Shown here: positions 49,445-59,155 of the stretch, piece by piece
How positions within the stretch are numbered: the first letter of the stretch is position 1
How the letters are laid out: each line of letters starts with the position of its first letter
NCBI GenBank assembly: GCA_963677485.1
Contig: OY781964.1
Span: 3,456,001-3,520,000 of the forward strand
Direction: 5' to 3'
Origin: Armatimonadota bacterium
GTDB taxonomy: Bacteria; Armatimonadota; HRBIN16
Length of the DNA: 64,000 nucleotides
Notes under the pieces: generated by a model
Told to the model about the DNA's origin: nothing
Databases searched by the model: none
What the model saw: the letters and a program-made list of their open reading frames with translations, nothing else
Made by a program: the position numbers and the translations under genes

Positions 49445-50503
49445 ATGCGACAAGGAATCATTGAACGATACCGGAGTTACATGCCGGTCACAGATAAGAC
49501 GCCCGTCGTCTCTCTATTAGAGGGTTCGACCCCATTGATCCCCGCTCCACGTATCAGCAAGTGGATATCACCCCACGTGGAGGTCTACCTGAAGTTCGAC
49601 GGTATGAATCCCACAGGCTCCTTCAAAGACCGCGGCATGACGATGGCTATCAGCAAGGCGGCTGAAGCTGGAGCTAAAGCGGTGATCTGTGCCAGCACCG
49701 GTAACACCAGTGCCAGCGCCGCCGCTTACGCCGCCCGCGCGGGGATGAAGTGTTTTGTGCTGCTGCCCAAAGGCAAAGTAGCACTGGGGAAACTCAGCCA
49801 GGCGTTGATGCACGGCGCGAAAGCGCTGGCAGTGGAAGGTAACTTCGACGAAGCCTTGGATATCGTGCGGGAGATCGGCGAGAAGTTCCCTGTCACCATT
49901 GTGAACAGCACGAACCCTTACCGCGGTATTGGCCAGCGCAGCGCGGCATTCGAGATTTGCGATGATCTGGGCGACGCCCCGCATTACCACGCGCTGCCAG
50001 TTGGTAACGCGCGGAACATCACCGCTTACTGGGAGGGCTTCCAGGTTTACCACGAGGTCGGCCAAAGCACCCACCTGCCCAAGATGCTGGGCTTTCAGGC
50101 TGCCGGCAGTGCGCCGATTGTGGACGGCCACATCATCGAGCACCCCGAGACAATCGCAACCGCCATCCGCATCGGCAATCCTGCCAGTTGGAAGGAAGCC
50201 GAAGCAGCCCGGGATAACTCCGGTGGTCTGATCGATAAAATCACCGATGAGCAGATACTGGAAGCCTACCAGATGGTCGCCGCTCTTGAAGGTGTGTTCT
50301 GCGAGCCAGCAAGTGCGGCTCCGCTCGCGGGATTGAAAATGCTGGCAGACCGAGGCTACTTCACGGAACACGCCGTGATCACAGCCACGCTAACCGGCCA
50401 TGGTCTGAAGGACCCCGATACTGCAATGAGCTGCTGTGATGGTGCTTTTGAGAAGGTACCCGCTACGTTCGAGGCGGTTCGCAGCGCGCTTGGTTTGGGG
50501 TAG
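49445..50503 (+). CDS. thrC: threonine synthase
   Basis: EGSTPL, NPTGSFKDRG (PLP lysine), CASTGNTSAS, EPASAA, TGHGLKD. Confidence 0.96.
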   Translation: MRQGIIERYRSYMPVTDKTPVVSLLEGSTPLIPAPRISKWISPHVEVYLKFDGMNPTGSFKDRGMTMAISKAAEAGAKAVICASTGNTSASAAAYAARAGMKCFVLLPKGKVALGKLSQALMHGAKALAVEGNFDEALDIVREIGEKFPVTIVNSTNPYRGIGQRSAAFEICDDLGDAPHYHALPVGNARNITAYWEGFQVYHEVGQSTHLPKMLGFQAAGSAPIVDGHIIEHPETIATAIRIGNPASWKEAEAARDNSGGLIDKITDEQILEAYQMVAALEGVFCEPASAAPLAGLKMLADRGYFTEHAVITATLTGHGLKDPDTAMSCCDGAFEKVPATFEAVRSALGLG

Positions 50504-50526
50504 TTGATTCAGTAGGACGGATTGGG

Positions 50527-50583
50527 GCGGATCGGACGGATATATTTGATCGGTCTGATCCGTCCAATCCGTCCGATTTTTTT
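50527..50583. terminator. hairpin/terminator between convergent thrC and hspR
   Basis: ATCGGACGGAT...ATCCGTCCGAT inverted repeat followed by a T-run. Confidence 0.6.
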
Positions 50584-50585
50584 GC

Positions 50586-50957
50586 CTAGTTTTCCATGAT
50601 ACTGCTGGGCAAGCTGCGGCGTGGACCCGGGTCTAGCGTCTGGCGCAGCCGTTCACGCATGGCGTCGTCCATTTGTTCTACCATCACGTCCATCTGGGCC
50701 TGCATCTGCGAGATGCGGTCAAGTAGTTCTAGAATAACCTCTACCCCCGCTAAGTTCACACCTAAATCCTGCGTCAGACGTTGAATCTGCCGTAGTCGCA
50801 CCAGATCCGCATCGCTGTATAAGCGGTTCTTGGCGTTCACCCTTTGAGGGGTTACCAATCCCAGCCGTTCGTACAGACGCAGCGTCTGCGGATGTACTCC
50901 ACATAACTTCGCAGCGACTGATATCAAGTAGACAGGTTCATATTGATTGTGGTCCAT
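50586..50957 (-). CDS. hspR: HspR-like MerR family heat-shock repressor
   Basis: PVYLISVAAKLCGVHPQTLRLYERLGL, LTQDLGVNLAGV; last gene of the dnaK operon. Confidence 0.88.
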   Translation of the reverse strand: MDHNQYEPVYLISVAAKLCGVHPQTLRLYERLGLVTPQRVNAKNRLYSDADLVRLRQIQRLTQDLGVNLAGVEVILELLDRISQMQAQMDVMVEQMDDAMRERLRQTLDPGPRRSLPSSIMEN

Positions 50958-50963
50958 ATTCGC

Positions 50964-52004
50964 CTATCCTTTCCCTCTGGCATGAAGGCTTTGTTGTAGT
51001 TGCTTCATGATTTCTTGTTCACCTTCGGTTAGCTCAACAGGCACGGTCACTCGAACTCGGGCATACAGATCACCCGGCTTACCATTACGGCGGGGTATAC
51101 CGTAGCCTGGCAGGCGGTATCGCTTACCGCTGCTGGTACCCGGCTTGATTGTCAGCTTCAACTGGCTATCCACCGTGTTGACCACAGCTTCACCGCCCAG
51201 GCACGCCACGGTGAAAGGCACGTCCACATCCGTGGTGAGGTCATGCCCATCCATTTCAAATCGGGCATCTGGACTGACATTGACCGTCAGTATGAGGTCG
51301 CCGACTGCACCTCTTCGGCCTGCACGGCCTTGACCTGCCACACGCAGCTTCTTGCCGCTCTCAAACCCTTTAGGTATGGTGACATCAATGGAGCGGTGCG
51401 CCCGTGTCTGGCCACGCCCGTTGCACTGCTGGCAAACCTGGCCCACATTATAGCCTCCGCGCGAGGTGCGCTGGGTGCCAGCCCCTCCGCAAGCGCTGCA
51501 AGCCTCATCGATATCGAATTCGATATGCCTGTTGTTGCCATGGAAAACATCCAGCAGTGAGACATCAATCTCAGCCGTGATGTCGCGTTCTGGCTCTGGT
51601 CCGCTCCCGCCGAAGGGGCTCCCGCCTCCTCCGCCAAAACCGCCGAAAATACTGCCCAGCAGGTCTTCAAGGCCTCCGAAACCGCCAAAACCCCCGAAGC
51701 CGCCAGCACCGCCACCACCACCCGGCCCGCCGCGTTGTCCAGGCTGCCCCGCTCCAGCACCACCTTCGGTGGCGTGCTTCCACTGCTCACCATACTGGTC
51801 ATACTTGGCTCTTTTATCGGCATCGGACAGCACTTCGTGCGCCTGGCTGATCTGCTTGAACCGCTCTTCGGCCTGCTTGTTGTTGGGGTTGACATCCGGG
51901 TGGTATTTCCGCGCCAGCTTACGATAGGCTGTTTTAATTTCCTTATCGGTGGCGTCGCGTGAAACCCCTAATATCTTGTAGTAGTCTTGATATTGATAAT
52001 CCAT
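50964..52004 (-). CDS. DnaJ/CbpA-class co-chaperone
   Basis: J domain with HPD, G/F-rich region, only two CxxCxGxG motifs, C-terminal domain. Start moved to MDYQY (52004). Confidence 0.92.
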   Translation of the reverse strand: MDYQYQDYYKILGVSRDATDKEIKTAYRKLARKYHPDVNPNNKQAEERFKQISQAHEVLSDADKRAKYDQYGEQWKHATEGGAGAGQPGQRGGPGGGGGAGGFGGFGGFGGLEDLLGSIFGGFGGGGGSPFGGSGPEPERDITAEIDVSLLDVFHGNNRHIEFDIDEACSACGGAGTQRTSRGGYNVGQVCQQCNGRGQTRAHRSIDVTIPKGFESGKKLRVAGQGRAGRRGAVGDLILTVNVSPDARFEMDGHDLTTDVDVPFTVACLGGEAVVNTVDSQLKLTIKPGTSSGKRYRLPGYGIPRRNGKPGDLYARVRVTVPVELTEGEQEIMKQLQQSLHARGKG

Positions 52005-52122
52005 ATGTGCACCCCAACGGCTGGTAGGCAGAGTGGGGATGAAGCCATCAATGGCCGCACCCCCACTCAATAGTTACTTACACGGAAGTCCGGTCATAAA
52101 GCCGAACAGTTTTCTGTTTCTG

Positions 52123-52569
52123 TTATCCTGCGGTGACTTGGACCTTTCGGGGTTTGGCCGCTTCTGCCTTGGGCAGAGTGATCGTCAGAACACCGTCTTT
52201 GAACTCCGCTTTGATGGCTTCCGCCTGAACCGCAGTAGCTATGGTCCAGCTACGCTGGAAGGTGCCAAACTGTCGTTCTACCCGAACGTAGTCCTTGCGC
52301 CTCTCGATGTCATCGAACTTGCGCTCACCCTTTACAACCAGGGTGTCGCGAGTGAGCTCAATGTCCACGTCCTCGGGTTTCACCGCAGGCAGGTCCATTT
52401 TGATCACTATTTCGTTGTCGTCCTCACGCAGGTCCGTGCTGGGCGTCCACATAACCGGCGTGTTAGTGCCGTTTGAACGTCCCCCGAATACCTGTCGGAG
52501 GGTGTGGTCTAGTTCGCTCTGTAATCGTCCCATCATTTCAGATGGATCGTCCCAACGTGATACTGGCAT
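52123..52569 (-). CDS. Hsp20/alpha-crystallin small heat-shock protein
   Basis: PSTDLRE, DLP, VKGERK, ERQFGTFQR, FKDGVLTITLPK. Confidence 0.95.
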   Translation of the reverse strand: MPVSRWDDPSEMMGRLQSELDHTLRQVFGGRSNGTNTPVMWTPSTDLREDDNEIVIKMDLPAVKPEDVDIELTRDTLVVKGERKFDDIERRKDYVRVERQFGTFQRSWTIATAVQAEAIKAEFKDGVLTITLPKAEAAKPRKVQVTAG

Positions 52570-52677
52570 GGAGAACCTCCTTCAGATTGGTGCCTATGCA
52601 CCTGATGCATTGATTCGTTATGTCAATTTCTGTGTACCTTCTGATCGCTTTTACCCGAAGGCACACAGCGTGTCGGT

Positions 52678-54528
52678 TTAGGCCTGCTTGAACTCAGCAT
52701 CCTCTACGTCGTCATCGGCCTTCTTCGGCTCTTCAGCCGCTGGCTGACCTTCGGCTTCGCCGGGCTGAGCCTGCTCTGCCTGCTGCTTGTAAAGAATTTC
52801 GCTGAGACTGTAGCTGGCCTGCTGCAGTTCGTCGATCTTCTTGCGGATGTCCTCGGTGTCACTGCCCTCTTTGACCGACTTCAGGTCTGCGATGGCGGTG
52901 TCGAGGCGGTCTTTCTCCGCGGCGGGAACCTTGTCGCCCAGATCCTTGATCAGCTTCTCGGTCTGGTAGACCAGAGAATCTGCCTGGTTCTTGGCTTCGG
53001 CCAGATCGCGGCGCTTCCTATCTTCATCGGCTGTGGACTGTGCGTCCTTCACCATGTTGTCGATGTCGCTGCGGTCCAGGTTGCTGGAACCCGTGATGGT
53101 GATGTTTTGCTCACGGTTTGTGCCCTTGTCTTTCGCGGTGACCTTCAGGATGCCGTTCGCGTCGATATCGAAGGTGACCTCAACTTGAGGCACGCCGCGC
53201 TGTGCCGGCGGAATACCGGTCAGGTGGAAGCGGCCAAGGCTCTTGTTATCGGTGGCCATACTTCGCTCACCCTGAAGCACGTTGATTTCTACTTCAGTCT
53301 GCCCATCGGCAGCGGTGCTGAAGGTCTCGCTCTTCTTGGTGGGGATGGTGGTGTTCCGGTCAATCAACCGGGTCATCACACCGCCCAGCGTCTCGATACC
53401 CAGCGAAAGCGGGGTCACGTCGAGAAGCAGGATTCCGGTTCCGGTTCCGTCGCCCACGGTCTCACCGCTCAGAACAGCAGCCTGGATCGCGGCACCGACT
53501 GCCACCACTTCATCCGGGTTCACCGTCTTGTTCGGTTCCTTGCCAGTCAACTGGCGGACCAGCAACTGCACGCAGGGCATACGGGTGGAACCACCTACCA
53601 GGATCACTTCGTCCAGATCCTTGACGTCCATTTTGGCGTCCTGGATGGCCTGGAAGAAGGGCTTCTTCAGCCGGTCGATCAGGTCGCCGCAGAGCTCTTC
53701 GAACTTAGCGCGGCTGAGCTTGGTCAGCAAGTGCTTAGGTCCGCTGGCGTCCGCGGTGATGTATGGCAGGTTGATCTCTGTCTCGGTCATACCGGAGAGC
53801 TCAACTTTGGCCTTCTCAGCCGCTTCCAGCAGACGCTGGTTGGCCTGCGGGTCCTTGCGAAGGTCGATGCCGTTCTCTTTTTGGAACTCACCAGCCAGCC
53901 AGGCCGCCACTTTGGTGTCAAAGTCGTCGCCACCCAGGCGGGTATCGCCGGAGGTGGACTTCACTTCAAACACGCCGTCGGCAATCTCCAGTACGGAGAC
54001 GTCAAAGGTGCCACCACCAAGGTCGAATACCAGGATGGTCTCTTCTTTGCCGCGGTCCAGACCGTAAGCCAGGGAAGCCGCTGTCGGCTCGTTGATGATA
54101 CGAAGAACCTTCATACCGGCGATTTCGCCGGCATCTTTGGTCGCTTGGCGCTGCGCGTCGTTGAAATAAGCCGGTACCGTGATGACCGCTTCGGTGATTT
54201 TGTCACCAAGGAAGGCCTCGGCGTCAGCTTTCAGCTTGCCCAGGACCATCGCCGAAATCTGCTCGGGAGTGTAGTCAGTCCCATCAACGGAGACGCGGTC
54301 TCGCGTGCCCATCTTGCGCTTGATGCTGATGACCGTGCGCTCTGGGTTGACGATAGCTTGACGCCGCGCGGCGGCACCAACCACTCGGTCACCATTCTTC
54401 TGGAACGAGACGACGGAGGGGGTTGTTCGCGCCCCTTCGGAGTTCGGTATCACTTGCGGCTCGCCACCTTCGACGACGGCGATGACCGAGTTGGTGGTAC
54501 CGAGGTCGATACCTACTGTTTTAGCCAT
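52678..54528 (-). CDS. dnaK: molecular chaperone DnaK
   Basis: [46 protein letters not shown]. Confidence 0.98.
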   Translation of the reverse strand: MAKTVGIDLGTTNSVIAVVEGGEPQVIPNSEGARTTPSVVSFQKNGDRVVGAAARRQAIVNPERTVISIKRKMGTRDRVSVDGTDYTPEQISAMVLGKLKADAEAFLGDKITEAVITVPAYFNDAQRQATKDAGEIAGMKVLRIINEPTAASLAYGLDRGKEETILVFDLGGGTFDVSVLEIADGVFEVKSTSGDTRLGGDDFDTKVAAWLAGEFQKENGIDLRKDPQANQRLLEAAEKAKVELSGMTETEINLPYITADASGPKHLLTKLSRAKFEELCGDLIDRLKKPFFQAIQDAKMDVKDLDEVILVGGSTRMPCVQLLVRQLTGKEPNKTVNPDEVVAVGAAIQAAVLSGETVGDGTGTGILLLDVTPLSLGIETLGGVMTRLIDRNTTIPTKKSETFSTAADGQTEVEINVLQGERSMATDNKSLGRFHLTGIPPAQRGVPQVEVTFDIDANGILKVTAKDKGTNREQNITITGSSNLDRSDIDNMVKDAQSTADEDRKRRDLAEAKNQADSLVYQTEKLIKDLGDKVPAAEKDRLDTAIADLKSVKEGSDTEDIRKKIDELQQASYSLSEILYKQQAEQAQPGEAEGQPAAEEPKKADDDVEDAEFKQA

Positions 54529-54605
54529 TTTCGGATGTATCCTCCATTATGGGTATTGGGCCTTGACCCTCTCCCGATTGATTGCTCTGTATATAATATA
54601 CACCA

Positions 54606-54626
54606 CTTGAGTATATTGTTGTCAAG
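54606..54626 (-). promoter_or_regulatory. HAIR (HspR-associated inverted repeat) overlapping a TTGACA -35
   Basis: CTTGAGT-N7-TGTCAAG versus consensus CTTGAGT-N7-ACTCAAG, about 80 nt upstream of dnaK. Confidence 0.8.
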
Positions 54627-54741
54627 TGTTTTGTGTGGTGTAATTAATATCTGTTATTATTACCTGGTTTTTGCGGGGAGATGTATGACGAAACCTTCGG
54701 TATCGGGACGAATATCCTGCGATGTGGGCCACCAGCCCCGT

Positions 54742-54828
54742 GTCGACGGGTTCCATCGCCCCAAGGGGCTCCATCACCCGTCGCTGATCAGATGGCTGCC
54801 CGCGTCGCTTCGCTCCTGCGGGCGCTGG
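54742..54828 (+). repeat. 87-bp structured direct repeat, copy 1
   Basis: Differs at one position from 56107-56193; contains the hairpins CGACGGG..CCCGTCG and GCCCGC..GCGGGC. Confidence 0.92.
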
Positions 54829-54857
54829 GGTAAACTGGCATTAAAGGAGAAATCTAC

Positions 54858-55382
54858 ATGGAAAAGCAAAAACAAAACAGTAAGCGAATCCATATCGTGA
54901 TCGAAGCAGTAGTCTGTATCGCTATACTGGCTGGCTTAACAAAAATACTTGCCCCGATCTATCTGGGGGCACAGGATTTAGCCCGGTCATCGAACACACA
55001 GGAACATGCTAAGCTCATCGGTGATGCATTGAAAATTTACTGTGCCAAGAACAACGGGCGTCTTCCACTTGCCGAACGCTGGTGTGATGCCCTGCAACCA
55101 CACGTCGCACCTGATGCTTACTTCAATCTTCATAAATGGCAGCGTAATGGTATTAACACGGAGCCATATGCGATGGTCCGTGCAATGGGGGGTGTTAACC
55201 TCAATAACCTCAAAAACCCAGAGAAGACTGTGGTGTTCTTCGAAATTGCGGAGCGCAAACCTAATGTGTCAGGTGACATTCGAATGCAGGTTCCACCACA
55301 TGGTGAGCGTAAATGGAATGTGGTGGTGATGGCAGATGGCAACAGGAAACTTGTCAAGATGCCCGCGACAGTCACGCGTTAA
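54858..55382 (+). CDS. single-TM pilin/DUF1559-like protein with C-terminal H-Xn-DG motif
   Basis: N-terminal TM IVIEAVVCIAILAG, IGDALKIY...GRLP, WCDAL, YAM, PHGERKWNVVVMADG; AAGGAG RBS. Confidence 0.6.
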   Translation: MEKQKQNSKRIHIVIEAVVCIAILAGLTKILAPIYLGAQDLARSSNTQEHAKLIGDALKIYCAKNNGRLPLAERWCDALQPHVAPDAYFNLHKWQRNGINTEPYAMVRAMGGVNLNNLKNPEKTVVFFEIAERKPNVSGDIRMQVPPHGERKWNVVVMADGNRKLVKMPATVTR

Positions 55383-55414
55383 CCCGCCTGTGCCAATGTG
55401 AAGGAGATGTCGAG

Positions 55415-56062
55415 ATGCCAAACGAATCAAAACACAAACCCAAGATACCTAAATGGGTCATTGGGTTCATCACCGTGGTTTTGGTTCTTTCCTATCTGTG
55501 GATGTTGTTACAGGGTGTAAAGAACACAAGCACGAACACTCATCGGTGGTCTGCCAACCAAGATACGGCCAAGATAATCGGTAGAGCCCTGTCGCTCTAT
55601 TATGAACAGAATGACTACTACCTGCCTCCTGCCGACCGATGGGCGACCGCCTTACAGCCATGTGTGAATGAGGTGGTAGACAGAGCCCATAAAAAATACC
55701 TCAATCGTCTCAAGAGAGAAGGTGTGAAGGCACCAGCAAGCCCGAAACAACCGGTTAGTGTGGTCACATGGGAATCTGGCGGATATCGATACGAGCCATT
55801 TGCCATGAACCGAGCATTGAGTGGCGTCTATGTGAAGAGGATCAAGCACCCAAGGCAGGTGGTCGCTTTCTACGAGACCACCGACCGAGAGCCAAACCTG
55901 TCGGGTGACCAGAGCATTCAAGTGGCACCTTATGGCGAACGCCAGTGGAACACGATGGTGATGGCTGATGGAAGCCGCTTGACTACCGAACAGGCTGAAG
56001 ACGGCACCGGTCAGCGCGTCGACCATTGGGATATGGCTGTGACCATCCGCTCGATGCCGTAG
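55415..56062 (+). CDS. single-TM pilin/DUF1559-like protein, paralog of the upstream gene
   Basis: AKIIGRAL..Y, LP.A.RW..ALQP.V, EPFAMNR, FYE, PNLSGD, PYGERQWNTMVMADG. Start moved to MPNES (55415). Confidence 0.6.
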   Translation: MPNESKHKPKIPKWVIGFITVVLVLSYLWMLLQGVKNTSTNTHRWSANQDTAKIIGRALSLYYEQNDYYLPPADRWATALQPCVNEVVDRAHKKYLNRLKREGVKAPASPKQPVSVVTWESGGYRYEPFAMNRALSGVYVKRIKHPRQVVAFYETTDREPNLSGDQSIQVAPYGERQWNTMVMADGSRLTTEQAEDGTGQRVDHWDMAVTIRSMP

Positions 56063-56106
56063 GTGGCAGCGGGGCTGGTGGATTGCGGTATGGGCAATCG
56101 GCCCGC

Positions 56107-56193
56107 GTCGACGGGTTCCATCGCCCCAGGGGGCTCCATCACCCGTCGCTGATCAGATGGCTGCCCGCGTCGCTTCGCTCCTGCGGGCGCTGG
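56107..56193 (+). repeat. 87-bp structured direct repeat, copy 2
   Basis: Matches copy 1 at 54742-54828. Confidence 0.92.
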
Positions 56194-56411
56194 CGGAGGG
56201 CACCCTGCGCCCGCTTGCGGGCTGCAAATAGCTAGACGCGCGGTGGGTGACTAAACCCGCGGCATGTCGCGTCTGATATCATTCAGGTCCGTTCGCCAAT
56301 CACCGGAAATCATAAACAACCTCTGAAATCCGCAACCCTGGGCACCGGATTATACCCAGACGCGCTTGTATACTGAGTACAGTGGAATCATCACCAGGAG
56401 ATACAATAGTT

Positions 56412-58762
56412 ATGACTAGGTTCGCAGCAGTTATACCCCTCGCACTCTCTGCGGTGCTTGTGGGTGCGCCCCTCACGGCATCATCGGCGACGGCGGTGCT
56501 TACGGGCACATCGGAGCACCCAGCAAGGATCATTTGTGGCACATCGCCCGAAGCACTTCAGATGGGCCGCTACATCGCCAGCTTTTTAGGTGCTCGCCGA
56601 TGCCCTGCGAAGCTTGTGACAGGCGGTACTCTAAACACAAACACCACCGTGACACAGATTGTTCTGGCCACCCCTGAATATCTGAAGTCACTGGCACCGT
56701 CGGTGAAAATGCCCGGCTTCACGGCCAAATCACGTGATGAAGCTTATGTGCTGGATGTGAAAACAGGCAAGCAGGGATCGACAATATTACTAATAGGTAA
56801 GTCTATCACCGGGGTAAGGGCTGCGACTGCGCGGTTCGTGTGCAAGATTGCCAACGATGGCCGTCAGCTGACAATGCCCGTCGGCAGGGAACAGGCTGAC
56901 CCCTTCATCAAGCTTCGTGTGACGAACCCGGGCAACCCGTCTCGGCGTCAAACCCCCTTCACATCGCCATTCAAATCCACCGACATAGAAACATGGCCTT
57001 TAAGTAAGATCCGTGCCTACCCTGAAATGTTCTGGCAGTTCGGGTTCAATGGATTGCAGTTGGGTGAGTGCCGCGGCTATAGCAGCGTGCCTGACAGCGA
57101 CATCGTGCGCATCAGAACCGCGCAACAGACGATGTACAAAGGGGCCCGCGACTACCATATGTACACCTCAATGTTCATGTGGGGTGACGCGCTGTTTGAT
57201 GAGTTCGAGACCTTTTCCTGGAATAACCCCACCGAACGCAAGGTGATGCGCCTCTTCCAAAAAGACCTGGCGATGGACTATGGTCCGCTGGTCGACCATA
57301 TCATCGTGCATGTGGGCGATCCGGGTGGCTGCAGCCGCGATGGCTGTGACCTCTATAAAACGCCGCAGGAGATCACCGCATCTGCACTGGCTGAGTTCAG
57401 GAAGGTGAACCCTAAGATCGTGGCCACGCTGAGCACCTGGGCGAACAGCTATTTCTGGCGCAAGAGTCCGAAGCGAATCGACATGTCCAACTATGCGCCG
57501 ATGTTCCCCGGGATGGCCTCGCAGACCGAATACAACGAGCCCGTGCCTGGAGGCGCGAAGTTCATGGATGCAAGCTACATGCCCAAGGATGTGGGCATCG
57601 CCATGAACCGCGACTATAATGAGCAGCAGGCGGATATGATCTGCGCGAATGGCCGCCCTGCGGACATCTGGAGCTGGTATATCGGCGACAACGAGATGAT
57701 CAACACCTACTGGTTCGCCATGAAGCATACCGATGCGATGATCAGTAAGATGCCTGACAAGGCGCGCGACCAGATCAACATGGAGACACATGACCTATGC
57801 TGGCATGGCTGGCCGCAGGTGATTACCGCGTATGTGGGTGCTCAGAAGCTGTGGAACCCCCGGAAGCCCTTACTGAAGATCGAGCGTGAGTTCTGTGTGG
57901 CAGGTTTTGGTCCACAGAACGCTGACGCAGTGCTGCAGCTCTACCTCACGGTGGAGAATGGTTGGAACCAGGCACTGCCGACCCCGCCCAACTGGGGAAC
58001 CGCCGAATATAGTGCGCAACTGACCAAAGTGCTGCAGCAAGCTGCCAGTATCAAATTCCCGACGGGCTGGAAGCCCAACTTCGCCTTCCTGTGCCGGTGA
58101 AGAACTATATCGAAATGCTCACCGCGCGGGTCAAGCTGATGCGGGCGGTCTCTGACGCCAAGATGCAGATCGATGCCGCACGGAAGCGTCTGAAGGTCGG
58201 CAGTGTCAATAAGGCGAAGAGCCTGGCGTTGGCCGTGACCGACAGCTCCGGTTCACAGCTCATCGGCGTGAACGGCATGGACATCCCCATCCGGCTGGAG
58301 CCGGGCATGGCCGTGGGTGTGAGCTTCCGCGCCATCAAGGACTTCTCAAAGCTGGGTCTGATCAGTTGCACCTGGAGCAGCAGCAACTCGGGCTATACTT
58401 TATCGCTATATGACTCCGTGGGCGGCAAGCTGTTGGCGCAGAAGGTGATCACCAACCAGCCAGATAACGAGATGGCCTGGCTAGAGACCAAGCAGCTTTC
58501 TGGCACCTTCTACCTGGAGGCATCGAATCCTACAGGCAGTGACATTGGGGTCTACGGATCAGTCAATGGCAGCGAAGGAATCAGTGTGCTCATCAACCGT
58601 CAGGCGATACCTGAGGAACCGGCGGAGATCATGCAGTTGAAGCAACAGCTTGTGAAGTCGCTGCCAAACCTGCCCATCGACCCGATGTACAAGATGGACG
58701 CCAGCATCGTGAATCCCGGCTATACGACGCTTACATTTGCCCAGATCATCGAGCGGATGTAG
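56412..58762 (+). pseudogene. secreted putative glycoside hydrolase of unassigned family, 1-nt frameshift at ~58088; paralog of 59156-61501
   Basis: The two ORFs together align end to end with the intact paralog. This copy reads TTCGCCTTCCTGTGCC where the paralog reads TTCGCCTTCCCTGTGCC. Confidence 0.75.
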
Positions 58763-58860
58763 CATTGAGCAGAGGGGCGGATGAGGTTGCCGATATTCGC
58801 AACCCGATCCATGTTTAGGTGCATCCGTATCAACAGACTGTTTATGTTTGCTGGCAGTCC

Positions 58861-59086
58861 GGCACCCCGAAGGGGTAGCGGTTCTTATAGCCACGGGTAA
58901 GCGCAGCGCAACCCGTGGTAGGCACACAAAAACAATTTACCCCGAAGGGGTCTGTTGTAATGACCAGGTTGCCTGGCATCTGAAGAGATACGACCCACTT
59001 CGGGGTAGGGACCGGTGTACCGCTTTCCAGGGGTTGCGCTTCGCTTACCCCTGGCTATAAGAATCTTACCCACTTCGTGGGTGTCC
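58861..59086. mobile_element. ~230-bp REP/MITE-like foldback element, copy 2
   Basis: Same termini and internal hairpin layout as 778-1007. Confidence 0.75.
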
Positions 59087-59155
59087 GGAGGCCCGCCGCC
59101 GTAGATGCGGGTAGTGAATTGCCCTGCATCCGTATAAAAGGAGTTATCTATCTGT

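Noticed and set aside
53107-54900. 597-aa ORF antisense to dnaK
   Set aside because: This is the familiar antisense shadow ORF of dnaK caused by codon bias. The same applies to 16607-17827, 18843-20090 and 46515-47522.
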